DNA of 64,000 nucleotides from Bacteroidales bacterium (GCA_024400875.1 JAKSMB010000001.1:156916-220915), one strand, 5' to 3'. Positions 20,301 through 31,025 are shown, counted from the first letter of the stretch. A program made the numbers and translations. Notes: a model not told the origin generated them from the sequence alone.

Positions 20301-20877
20301 GAGTGATAATGTGACTTTTTAAAACTTCCTTTTCTTCAAAATCAGCGGCAAAAAGCACAAGGTTTTCACAAAAACCAAGCTCATTAACAAGAGGACCCAG
20401 ATAACTAAAAAGTTGTCCGCCGTCTTTTTGCATATTGTTCCATTCCTTACTAAACTCCGATCCGTATGTTTTATTTTCAATCAAAACCAAAGGATTGTAT
20501 TCCTTGTCAAAAACAAGAATATCGCCATACGAAGGTTTGTTGATATGTCCAACCTTGAATGCAGGTTCAAAGACAATATGTTTGGGCTCATAGCCTTTTT
20601 CTAACAACAAATGTACACAAACAAGGCATACAAAATTCTCTGGTGCTTCAAAATTGAGAGTCGTATCTCTATGAATAACAAAACCATTAGCAGGCTTCCC
20701 TTTTGTAGGAAACTCGCCATTGTTAAAATTTGCATCTAAAGGAGCATACGTAATCTTTTTAGTTTTGGTGTCAACTTTGATTGACGCACCACTAGAATAT
20801 ATTTTATTGTAAATGTTATTTGTTTCTGTAAAACCAAAGTGCAAAAGCACTTTTTCGAGATTTTCTTTTGTTATCAT
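17332..20877 (-). CDS. Single-chain restriction-modification-specificity enzyme (type IIG/IIB-like): PD-(D/E)XK nuclease + gamma-class N6-adenine methyltransferase + one HsdS-type TRD
   Basis: Nuclease: GD119ILVF..LVLIE134NK136. Methyltransferase: GQFFTP (aa 438-443), VLDYACGAGHF (aa 465-475), NPPY (aa 545-548). TRD: aa ~958-1110, GGTPSRKN..F..GNNLWVSISEMN...L(I)PKGT(T)LLSFKLSIGK, followed by a helical tail. Confidence 0.8.
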   Translation of the reverse strand: MITKENLEKVLLHFGFTETNNIYNKIYSSGASIKVDTKTKKITYAPLDANFNNGEFPTKGKPANGFVIHRDTTLNFEAPENFVCLVCVHLLLEKGYEPKHIVFEPAFKVGHINKPSYGDILVFDKEYNPLVLIENKTYGSEFSKEWNNMQKDGGQLFSYLGPLVNELGFCENLVLFAADFEEKEVLKSHIITLKDNEKRILELENPKTFKNAQGKYFEVWDETYGKSFETKGLFENDIAAYSIGKLKYTTADLKELSHAEIRPIYHEFATILRNNAITDFEHSFYILIDLFLCKITDERNNPNDLQFYYKGIARDTPKEYCTRLLKLYQDGKHDLFHVEVVNKEEKDIKQIFEDTNRSVTNGLFAGIKSLFEEIKFYNIKKFNFIDVENKEDFEKNFQILIKIAALIQDINLSNSETNHFFGDLFEGLLSKNVHQTEGQFFTPLPIVNFIIKCLPDFTQSNTVKVLDYACGAGHFLTEFIKNYPNAKAYGIEKSQTLSQVAKIATIINGSKDARIVFKDSLSCINTNDVRYQGFDKDIFDCIIANPPYSVKGFLNTMTNNDRNQFDLLKSIEEKAYGANNSIECFFIERTKHFLRTNGVVGIVLPSSILSNGNLYIKTRELLFAHFNILAIVNLNSRTFGSTGTNTIVLFAQRVKKNAEGLLHTFIEKKDYKQYLSWQAIDGYIAKQSYDELAYFSFMQDGELEESLEKHEIFVNYKKSFKPTPIKKSVQKEWFEESSFYNDQEKLNKKEYNKQFAEFVSSNEYQDKEKEEHRRQFVAFAKEIESDKLNTYIQIESNSVAILQSPPDKINNKSNKAQIVKFLGYDWSNRKGDEGIKYVTNKPVEDTDQEATDKNDKDAEVVTAINSIKFIDTPLYNPNDSWDNTKFAFAIRKHIYEQCNKFSYEEVKSGKEELTNDYCGEMGELLSFANLSDMIDFSRTEFDKSIKLTAVKKIEIKSKYPLVKLGGDDGVCDIRIGGTPSRKNASFFRGNNLWVSISEMNGQIITDTKEKITEAGIKNSNVKLIPKGTTLLSFKLSIGKTAIAGVDLYTNEAIAALIPKNNNQVIDEYLFSLFNSKLIDLENVGNKAFGKSLNSDYLKNEVKIPLPPRNIQSQIVSECEAIDAEYNNSRMSIEEYKRRITEVFYRLDVIERPQERIDSYNLNEQINETRIAAEDSPKYISK

Positions 20878-20941
20878 TCTACGCCCATTTAGTGGCGCTC
20901 ACCTATCTGTTTCGGAGTAATACGGACATTCACATTGGGGC

Positions 20942-21091
20942 AAAAAGAACGTGGACTCAACATTATCCACGCTCTGAGGCCCTAGGACAGCCCGTAATCA
21001 CAGATAAGTCAAGCCCACGCTATTCAGCGCAGGCATTCACTTGACTTATTCGAGTGATTACTGTTTTCTAAAATTTCCTAGGTTTCAGAGC
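20942..21091 (-). ncRNA. Candidate structured leader or small RNA with intrinsic terminator, upstream of the R-M-S gene
   Basis: On the minus strand there is a ~121-nt rod of nested helices: gctctga/tcagagc, cctagg/cctagg, gtaatcac/gtgattac, ataagtcaag/cttgacttat, and an apical 8-bp stem with 2 G-U pairs that would be C-A mismatches on the + strand. The hairpin cgtgga-N10-tccacg followed by TTCTTTTT comes immediately after. Confidence 0.4.
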
Positions 21092-21174
21092 AGTTACCGA
21101 ATAATAAGCAAACGCTTGTCAATTAATATGTTAGTCTAAAAATCTATTTTTCTGTTTTATTATCTATTAAAGTA

Positions 21175-22193
21175 TTATTCAGTTTTATTGTTAAGTCTGT
21201 CAAGTTCTGCTTGAACCAGACTTTTTAATTCGTTAATTTCTGGCAAATAGAGTTGATATTTTGCGACGAATAAATTAGCATCCATGCCGTATGTGGCATA
21301 TTGCACCATCACATCGTTTTTGTCGGCAGCAAGGATAATGCCAATGGGAGGATTGTCTCCTTCTGTATTCTTGTCCATCGCAAAATAACCCAAATACATA
21401 TTCATTTGCCCAATATCCTCATGCTTTACTTTACCACGTTTTAAATCAATAATCACATAGCATTTAAGTATGACATGGTAAAATACAAGGTCGGCATAAT
21501 AGTCGTCATTGTCAATAGTCAACCTATACTGGCGACCAATAAAAGCAAATCCCTTACCTAACTCCAGAAGAAAGTCTTCCATGTGCTTGATAAGAGCATC
21601 TTCCAAATCTCCTTCACTGTAATCTGGAGCCTTGAGACTTAGGAAATCAAAGAAATAAGTATCTTTGACTACATCTTTAGGTTGTGTTATCTGTAGGAAA
21701 GAGAAAGAATATCTCCTGCCTCTTTTGATGTTGCCAACTGATAAAAAAGGCCACGATCACACTGGTTTCTAAGTTCTCGTACTGACCAATTTTGATTAAT
21801 ACTCTCAATATAGTAGAAATTTCTTTCCACCTCACTGTCTATACCTATCAATTCAATAAAATGACTCCAACTTAATTTTCCAGACACTGTTTGGAAAATT
21901 GGGAAGCGAAGATATAACAGCCTCATATTTGCCAAGTTACTTTTTGAATAACCGTTTCCTAATAGAAGCGTCAAGTCTCTTGAAAGCTGAGGTATCAGTT
22001 TTGCACCATATTCCGCCCTTGCGTTACCGTTCTGTTCAAACTCCACAATATATTTTCCAATATTCCAATTCATCTCCACCAAGGCAGAATTAACTGCATG
22101 CATAGCCTTTTGCTTCGATAATGCAACTAACTCCGAGATTTGCTTTACTAGAGCATCGTAACGAGAATCTTGTATTTGTGGTTTCTTATCCAT
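21175..22193 (-). pseudogene. YhcG/DUF1016-family PD-(D/E)XK nuclease, split by a frameshift near 21687
   Basis: The N-terminal ORF 21687..22193 ends ..GDILSLSYR*. The next frame opens right at that point with TQPKDVVKDTYFFDFLSLKAPDYSEGDLEDALIKHMEDFLLELGKGFAFIGRQ.. and continues to 21175, carrying D..DLK nuclease motifs. Confidence 0.7.
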
Positions 22194-22272
22194 GTAATGA
22201 TTTCAGAATATCAGCAAACGCTATGATTAATAATATGTTAATTTAAATTTATTTCTCTGTTTTGTATTTGTT

Positions 22273-23397
22273 TTACTGTTTATTAATTTCAATAATATAT
22301 TTCCTTATTTCATCAACACTTGGTAAAGTTACCAAATATTTAGAGACAAATAAATTTTCATCTAATCCTGCTGTTGCATATTGCACAGTTGTCTCACCAT
22401 AATCAGTACACAACAACAATCCTATGGGTGGATTGTCGGAAGGTTGCATAACTTCGTTCTTGTAATAATTCAAATACAAGTTTAATTGAGAAGCATATTC
22501 ATGCCTAAACTTATCGGTCTTCAGCTCTACTAAAAAGTGGCAATGCAAAATACGATGATAAAACACCAAATCTATCTTAAAGTATTCATCGTCGATAAGA
22601 ATACGCTTTTGAGTTGCTTCATAACAAAATCCGTCACCCAATTCGAGAAGAAAATGCTGTAAATGATTCAAAATAGCATTCTCCAAATCATTTTCCATAA
22701 CCACCTCAGACTCTTGTAACTCTAGAAACTCAAGCGTCAAAGGGTTCTTAATTATGTCTTTAGGTCGTAGCGTAGCTGACTTTTGGTTGACAATTTCTGA
22801 TAGTCTGTTTTTGTCTTTCGATAATCCAGTCCTTTCAAAATAAAGCGAGGTTACTTGTCTTTCAAGTTCAGTATAGGACCAACATCCTTTTATGATTTCG
22901 CTTTCATAAAAAGCTCTTTTCAAAGGATCATCAATCTTGCATAAAAACAATAAGTGCGAAAAAGGAATTTTATACAAGATTTTGTTCGGATCGGTTTGCC
23001 ATGGTTCCAATTTGGCGGATGCCGTTCGCCGAATCATATTGTCTTGATTTTCAAAACTATCAAATTCGGCGGATGCTATCTGCCGAATCTCACTATTTAG
23101 ATTTGTTCCGATATACAATCTTATTTCTGGCTCTAATTGAGGATAAGTCAAATAGAATTTTCGGAACTCACGGAAGCGTCTTTCAGTTAATCCCTTTTTC
23201 TGTAGTCTTTGTTCAAGTTTTTTCAAAAGACTTTCGCCATAAGTAGCTCTGTCTTCACCATTTTGTTCAAACTCGACAATGTAATAGCCCAATATCCAGT
23301 TTCGTGCTGTTAGTGACACGTTGATAGCGTGAGCAACTTCATTTAGTATGACTTGCTCAACAACTGAAATATTATGTACTAGTATGTCAAAATTCAT
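22273..23397 (-). CDS. YhcG/DUF1016-family PD-(D/E)XK nuclease (intact)
   Basis: ATG start is MNFDILV at 23397; the ORF track begins at a TTG at 23409. The N-terminal domain resembles that of the neighbouring pseudogene (..YIVEFEQNG..). The C-terminal part reads LQHFLLELGDGFCYEATQKRILIDDEYFKIDLVFYHRILHCHFLVELKTDKF. Confidence 0.75.
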   Translation of the reverse strand: MNFDILVHNISVVEQVILNEVAHAINVSLTARNWILGYYIVEFEQNGEDRATYGESLLKKLEQRLQKKGLTERRFREFRKFYLTYPQLEPEIRLYIGTNLNSEIRQIASAEFDSFENQDNMIRRTASAKLEPWQTDPNKILYKIPFSHLLFLCKIDDPLKRAFYESEIIKGCWSYTELERQVTSLYFERTGLSKDKNRLSEIVNQKSATLRPKDIIKNPLTLEFLELQESEVVMENDLENAILNHLQHFLLELGDGFCYEATQKRILIDDEYFKIDLVFYHRILHCHFLVELKTDKFRHEYASQLNLYLNYYKNEVMQPSDNPPIGLLLCTDYGETTVQYATAGLDENLFVSKYLVTLPSVDEIRKYIIEINKQ

Positions 23398-23449
23398 TAG
23401 GCTTTTCAAATAATAGGCAAACGCTATGTTACCTCATCTTTTATATAAA

Positions 23450-23477
23450 GTAGAGGCGGTGTACACATCGCCTCTAC
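23450..23477 (-). terminator. Palindrome/terminator downstream of secA (GTAGAG-type, copy 3)
   Basis: gtagaggcg-N10-cgcctctac. On the minus strand it is followed by a weak T/A-rich run. Confidence 0.45.
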
Positions 23478-23498
23478 ATATATATTGTGTCTTTCGTC

Positions 23499-26801
<3,303 letters not shown>

Positions 26802-26874
26802 ATTTTAAATTTTAAAGGCCCAGTCTATACAATTATTGTGCCAAAAGATGTGTAATATCTTGATTATATTTGGA

Positions 26875-28143
26875 TTATTCGTTGTCGGATTTCAACTTAG
26901 GAGCACCAATCTTGCAGCCAACGGTTGCAAAGAACATGATGTAGGCGTAGCATACAAAAAGCAGAGCGTAAGCGGCTTGTGGGTTGACAGCGTCGGCAAT
27001 CTTAGCGTAAACCAGTGGCATGAGAGCGCCACCTACGATAGCCATTACCATCAATGCGGATGCAAACTCGGTGTGCTTGCCTAGATCGTGGATTGCCAAC
27101 GGCCAGATAGCCGGCCACATGATGGCGTGTGCGAAGCTGAGGCAGATGACTGCGATGATGGAAGCGATGCCGTGCAAGCAGAGAACGGCTACGACCAAAA
27201 GAACAGCCAAACAGAGTTGGATGATGAGCGCGTTGCGTTGAGAGATTACCTTCGGAACGAAGATGATGCCACAGAAGTAACCTACCAGAAGGGCTACTAA
27301 TGCGTAGATGCCGAAATAGTGGGATACGGAGGTTGGAATGTTGTAGTAGTCGCCGTAACCCATCAGGGTGTCGATGGCAATCACTTCAGCGCCAACGTAG
27401 AAGAAGATAGCCAGAACGCCCAGCCACATATAGGGGTATTTGGAGAGACCTTTGCTGGTGCCATCCTCTTCTGTTTTTTCCTCTTCCACGATTTCAGGAA
27501 GATGAGCAGACTTGATGAAGATAACCAAGGCGATCAAAACGGCAGTCATAATGATATAAGGAAGGATGACGCCGCGTGACAGTTGATCCAGCATTTGCTC
27601 TTTGGCAGGACCGGCAGCAGCGGTCTTGATATTTTCGATGAGTTGTTCTTTGCCACCAAACAGCGCATTGTAAAGGATGAGGATGCCGATCATGCCGGCC
27701 AACTTGTTGCATATACCCATGATACTCATGCGTCGTGCTGCAGATTCAACCGGTCCGATGACGGTAACGTATGGATTACTTGCGGTTTGCAGCAGCGACA
27801 AGCCACTACCTTGCAGGAAAAGTCCTAACAGGAAGAGTGGATAGCTGCGGGTGATGGCGCCCGGAATGAACATCATACATCCGGTGGCCATAATGACGAG
27901 TCCTAATGCCATGCCGTTGCCGTAGCCCGTTTTCTTCAAGACGAAGGAGGAAGGGATAGACATCACGAAGTAGGCGATGTAGAAGGCGAAGGTTACGAGA
28001 TAACCTTGTACTTGTGTGGTTAACTCACAAGCGGTTCTCATATAAGGAATCAAGATATTGTTCAGCCAGGTGACGAATCCGAATACGAAAAACAGGGATC
28101 CGATGACGAACATGCAATAGGAAGTACTTCTTTGTTTAGCCAT
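26875..28143 (-). CDS. MFS sugar:H+ symporter of the FucP/GluP family
   Basis: 12-TM-like hydrophobic profile. FucP-like motifs: W..NILIP, LLQTASNPYVTVIGP, G.L.P. Confidence 0.75.
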   Translation of the reverse strand: MAKQRSTSYCMFVIGSLFFVFGFVTWLNNILIPYMRTACELTTQVQGYLVTFAFYIAYFVMSIPSSFVLKKTGYGNGMALGLVIMATGCMMFIPGAITRSYPLFLLGLFLQGSGLSLLQTASNPYVTVIGPVESAARRMSIMGICNKLAGMIGILILYNALFGGKEQLIENIKTAAAGPAKEQMLDQLSRGVILPYIIMTAVLIALVIFIKSAHLPEIVEEEKTEEDGTSKGLSKYPYMWLGVLAIFFYVGAEVIAIDTLMGYGDYYNIPTSVSHYFGIYALVALLVGYFCGIIFVPKVISQRNALIIQLCLAVLLVVAVLCLHGIASIIAVICLSFAHAIMWPAIWPLAIHDLGKHTEFASALMVMAIVGGALMPLVYAKIADAVNPQAAYALLFVCYAYIMFFATVGCKIGAPKLKSDNE

Positions 28144-28161
28144 TGTATGTAGATTTTAGAT

Positions 28162-28812
28162 TTATAATTCTTTGAGAGCGATAATTTCGGCTGCGGGGTC
28201 GCTGCTGCCAAATACGGCGTTGCCTGCCACTACGGCGTCAGCACCGGCATTGATGATGCTGGTAACGTTGTCGCGACATACACCACCGTCCACTTCGATG
28301 AGTGCCTCGGAGTTGTTGCGTTTGATCATCTCGGCCAGTTCCTCAATTTTGTGCAGGGAACGAGGGATGAACTTCTGTCCGCCAAATCCAGGGTTCACCG
28401 ACATGATAAGCACGAGGTTGACGTCGTTGATGATGTCTTCCAAACCAGCAACGGGGGTGTGAGGGTTGATGGCTACGCCGGCCAGCATACCTTCTTCCTT
28501 AATTTGGGTGATGGTGCGATGCAAGTGTGTGCAGGCCTCCCAGTGAACGGTCAGCAAATCGGCACCAGCCTGTTTGAACGTGTGAATGTAACGCTCTGGT
28601 TGCATGATCATAAGGTGCACATCCAACGGCTTCTCCGAGATCTTGCGCACAGCTTTCACTACAGGAATACCAAAAGAAATGTTGGGAACAAACATGCCAT
28701 CCATGATGTCCAAGTGCATCCAGTCGGCTTGTGATTCGTTTAACATTCTAACGTCTCTCTCCAAATTTCCAAAGTCGGCGGAGAGCAATGAAGGGGCAAT
28801 AATAGGTTTCAT
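28162..28812 (-). CDS. rpe: Ribulose-phosphate 3-epimerase
   Basis: IAPSLLSADF..L......ADW(M)H(L)DIMDG.FVPN(I)(S)FG, MSVNPGFGGQKFI, and a typical length of 216 aa. Confidence 0.93.
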   Translation of the reverse strand: MKPIIAPSLLSADFGNLERDVRMLNESQADWMHLDIMDGMFVPNISFGIPVVKAVRKISEKPLDVHLMIMQPERYIHTFKQAGADLLTVHWEACTHLHRTITQIKEEGMLAGVAINPHTPVAGLEDIINDVNLVLIMSVNPGFGGQKFIPRSLHKIEELAEMIKRNNSEALIEVDGGVCRDNVTSIINAGADAVVAGNAVFGSSDPAAEIIALKEL

Positions 28813-28836
28813 TTTTTGAGTGTTTCTTTAGAAATG

Positions 28837-28844
28837 CAAAAATA
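28837..28844 (-). promoter_or_regulatory. -7 promoter box TATTTTTG (rpe operon)
   Basis: Reverse complement of caaaaata, about 25 nt upstream of the rpe ATG. Confidence 0.45.
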
Positions 28845-28957
28845 CAAAAACAAAGGACATAAATCATTTGTCTGAGAGGTTGTGAATACAACCTCTTATG
28901 TTTGCCAAAAAAAAATCAAAAAAAATACCGTAACATGTTGATTTTAAAAAAAAATAT

Positions 28958-28965
28958 TATTTTTG
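28958..28965 (+). promoter_or_regulatory. -7 promoter box TATTTTTG
   Basis: It is preceded by an A9 tract and followed by gcaacc, as in the other boxes in this window. It lies about 100 nt upstream of the ATG at 29064. Confidence 0.45.
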
Positions 28966-29063
28966 CAACCTACTTTCTACTACCAACAACTCATACAAGA
29001 CTCTTTGATCTTTGATACATTTCTACTTACCAACCGAAGTTCCAAACTAAAAATCTTAATATT

Positions 29064-30026
29064 ATGAAAAGTAAAAATGTAAAGACTCTTGCTGTTTGTC
29101 TTTTGACCATCTGTTTGTCATTATCATGTTTTGCCCAAAAAGAACGGGTTGAGATTTCTAAAGTTTACATTTCTGGAATATGTGTTCCAATGCAACAATT
29201 GCCGTCAAAGATGGCGGACATTTATTACAACATGTATGAAGAATCTCTTGAGTTCGACTCGTGTGTGTTTTATAAACAGGAGGATGGTGTACGTATGTTG
29301 GTGTCATACGCGCATAGAGAAGATACTGTCATTCGATTTACAGTTTTGGCAGAGTGTCAAGGTGATGCTTCAATACTTGAAGCTCAACCATCTATTACAT
29401 GTACTTGTGAAGGTACTTGTACGTCTGGTTGCAGTCCTGAGTATTTGACAAAGACGGGAGAGTGGATTTGTACCGACTGTAAAAGATACTCGTCACCAAC
29501 ACCAATTTGTAAAAAAACGGTCACTGTTGTGTCAGGACCAGATAATCCAATAAAATCTTCACAGTCTCCTGTTACGATTGCGTATAAGAAACAGTGTATT
29601 CCAATGGAAAATGTTCCAGCCGTGATGACCGAAATTTATAATCAAGAGCGTGGAAAAAAATTCACTTTGGATGTAAACGAAATGATGCTCCAAGAAAATG
29701 CAAAAATTGAATCAAATACAATCTTGGATGTATGCGAAGTCGTCTTTCAAGAAGATGGACATGTGTTAATGGTGGCTCACGGACAAGAGGATTCGTTAAA
29801 TGTACATTTTGCTATCCCAATGACTTTGAAAAACGATTGTTATCAGATTGATGAAAAGCCAACCACTACTTGTACTTGCTATGGCGAATGTCAACGTGGT
29901 TGTAGTCCTGTATATAAGGGTGGTTATGAGTGGGAATGTACAGAGTGCGCATACCCAGAAAATATAGAAACAACATGTATTAAAAAGGTGACCGCTCGTC
30001 TTCCTGAAGGAGGTAATCAACGTTAA
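29064..30026 (+). CDS. Secreted cysteine-rich protein with two internal ~130-145-aa repeats; function unknown
   Basis: Signal peptide ..LSLSCFAQ. Repeat 1 spans aa ~28-155 and repeat 2 aa ~168-312, each with 10 positionally conserved Cys. The shared motif is TCTC.G.C..GCSP.Y.....EW.CT.C.........C(K/I)K.VT. Confidence 0.7.
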   Translation: MKSKNVKTLAVCLLTICLSLSCFAQKERVEISKVYISGICVPMQQLPSKMADIYYNMYEESLEFDSCVFYKQEDGVRMLVSYAHREDTVIRFTVLAECQGDASILEAQPSITCTCEGTCTSGCSPEYLTKTGEWICTDCKRYSSPTPICKKTVTVVSGPDNPIKSSQSPVTIAYKKQCIPMENVPAVMTEIYNQERGKKFTLDVNEMMLQENAKIESNTILDVCEVVFQEDGHVLMVAHGQEDSLNVHFAIPMTLKNDCYQIDEKPTTTCTCYGECQRGCSPVYKGGYEWECTECAYPENIETTCIKKVTARLPEGGNQR

Positions 30027-30140
30027 CCTCCTTCCGCCTCCCGCATACTGCCTTTAGCATACCGCCTTTAGCCTTTAGCATACTGCCTTCCGCATTCCGC
30101 CTTTAGCCTTCCACCTTTCCCTCTTTCCATCTTTCTCTCC
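30027..30140. repeat. Low-complexity pyrimidine-rich word-repeat patch
   Basis: ..gcctttagcataccgcctttagcctttagcatactgccttccgcattccgcctttagccttcc.. It is the reverse-complement vocabulary of the 8052-8130 patch. Confidence 0.7.
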
Positions 30141-30147
30141 TTTTTCG

Positions 30148-30155
30148 TACCTTTG
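30148..30155 (+). promoter_or_regulatory. -7 promoter box TACCTTTG
   Basis: The context tacctttgccgcc is the same as upstream of metG. It lies 28 nt upstream of the ATG at 30183. Confidence 0.55.
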
Positions 30156-30182
30156 CCGCCCGAAATTTTTAAATGAAGAGAT

Positions 30183-31001
30183 ATGTCCGAATGTAACCAC
30201 GATTGCAGCAACTGCAATCAAAAGTGTGAAAAGAGGGATTTGCGAGAAGCGCCAAATCCGAAAAGTAAAATTAGAAAAGTTATCGGCGTAGTAAGTGGCA
30301 AAGGTGGTGTGGGCAAGAGTTCGGTAACCTCCTTGCTGGCTGTACAGCTCCGTCGCAAGGGTTATCGTGTAGGCGTTTTGGATGCCGACATTACAGGTCC
30401 GTCTATCCCGAAGATGTTCAACCTTCACGGGGTGATCAGTGGCAATCAGGATGGCGCCTTCCCGGCAGAAACCGAGAGTGGCATTCAGGTAGTCTCTGCC
30501 AACTTGCTCACCAACGACGAAAAAGCGCCCGTCATCTGGCGTGGACCGATGATTGCCGGCGTGGTGAAACAGTTCTGGACCGACGTGATTTGGGACAACA
30601 TCGACTTCCTCCTCGTGGATATGCCTCCCGGAACAGGCGATGTGCCTTTGACCGTTTTCCAAACGATGGCGGTAGATGGAATCATCATGATCACCTCCCC
30701 TCAGGATCTTGTATCCTTGATCGTAAGCAAAGCCGTGAACATGGCGGGTATGATGAATATCCCGGTATTGGGTTTGGTAGAAAATTACAGCTATATCCAG
30801 TGTCCGCACTGCAATGAAAAGATTAGCGTGTTTGGCGAAAGTCACGCCGCTGAGGTGGCTGAAGAGTTCAACCTCCGCTTGCTCGCCCAGATGCCGATAG
30901 ATGCCAACATAGCCGCACTTGCCGACAAAGGCGAAATCGAAAAAGCCGACGTCAACTATCTGGATGGCGTTATCGATATGTTGGAAGGATTGGATGGTTA
31001 A
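30183..31001 (+). CDS. mrp: Mrp/NBP35/ApbC-family Fe-S cluster carrier ATPase
   Basis: Deviant Walker A (V)VSGKGGVGKSSV. An N-terminal Cys cluster (CNHDCSNCNQKC) and a CPHC motif. Confidence 0.88.
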   Translation: MSECNHDCSNCNQKCEKRDLREAPNPKSKIRKVIGVVSGKGGVGKSSVTSLLAVQLRRKGYRVGVLDADITGPSIPKMFNLHGVISGNQDGAFPAETESGIQVVSANLLTNDEKAPVIWRGPMIAGVVKQFWTDVIWDNIDFLLVDMPPGTGDVPLTVFQTMAVDGIIMITSPQDLVSLIVSKAVNMAGMMNIPVLGLVENYSYIQCPHCNEKISVFGESHAAEVAEEFNLRLLAQMPIDANIAALADKGEIEKADVNYLDGVIDMLEGLDG

Positions 31002-31025
31002 TCTTTTTAACGAAAGATAAAATGA

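Noticed and set aside
17069-23440. Calling the defence island a mobile element, prophage or ICE fragment.
   Set aside because: No integrase, transposase, conjugation or phage genes, no flanking direct repeats and no adjacent tRNA were seen. Only the composition and gene content are unusual.
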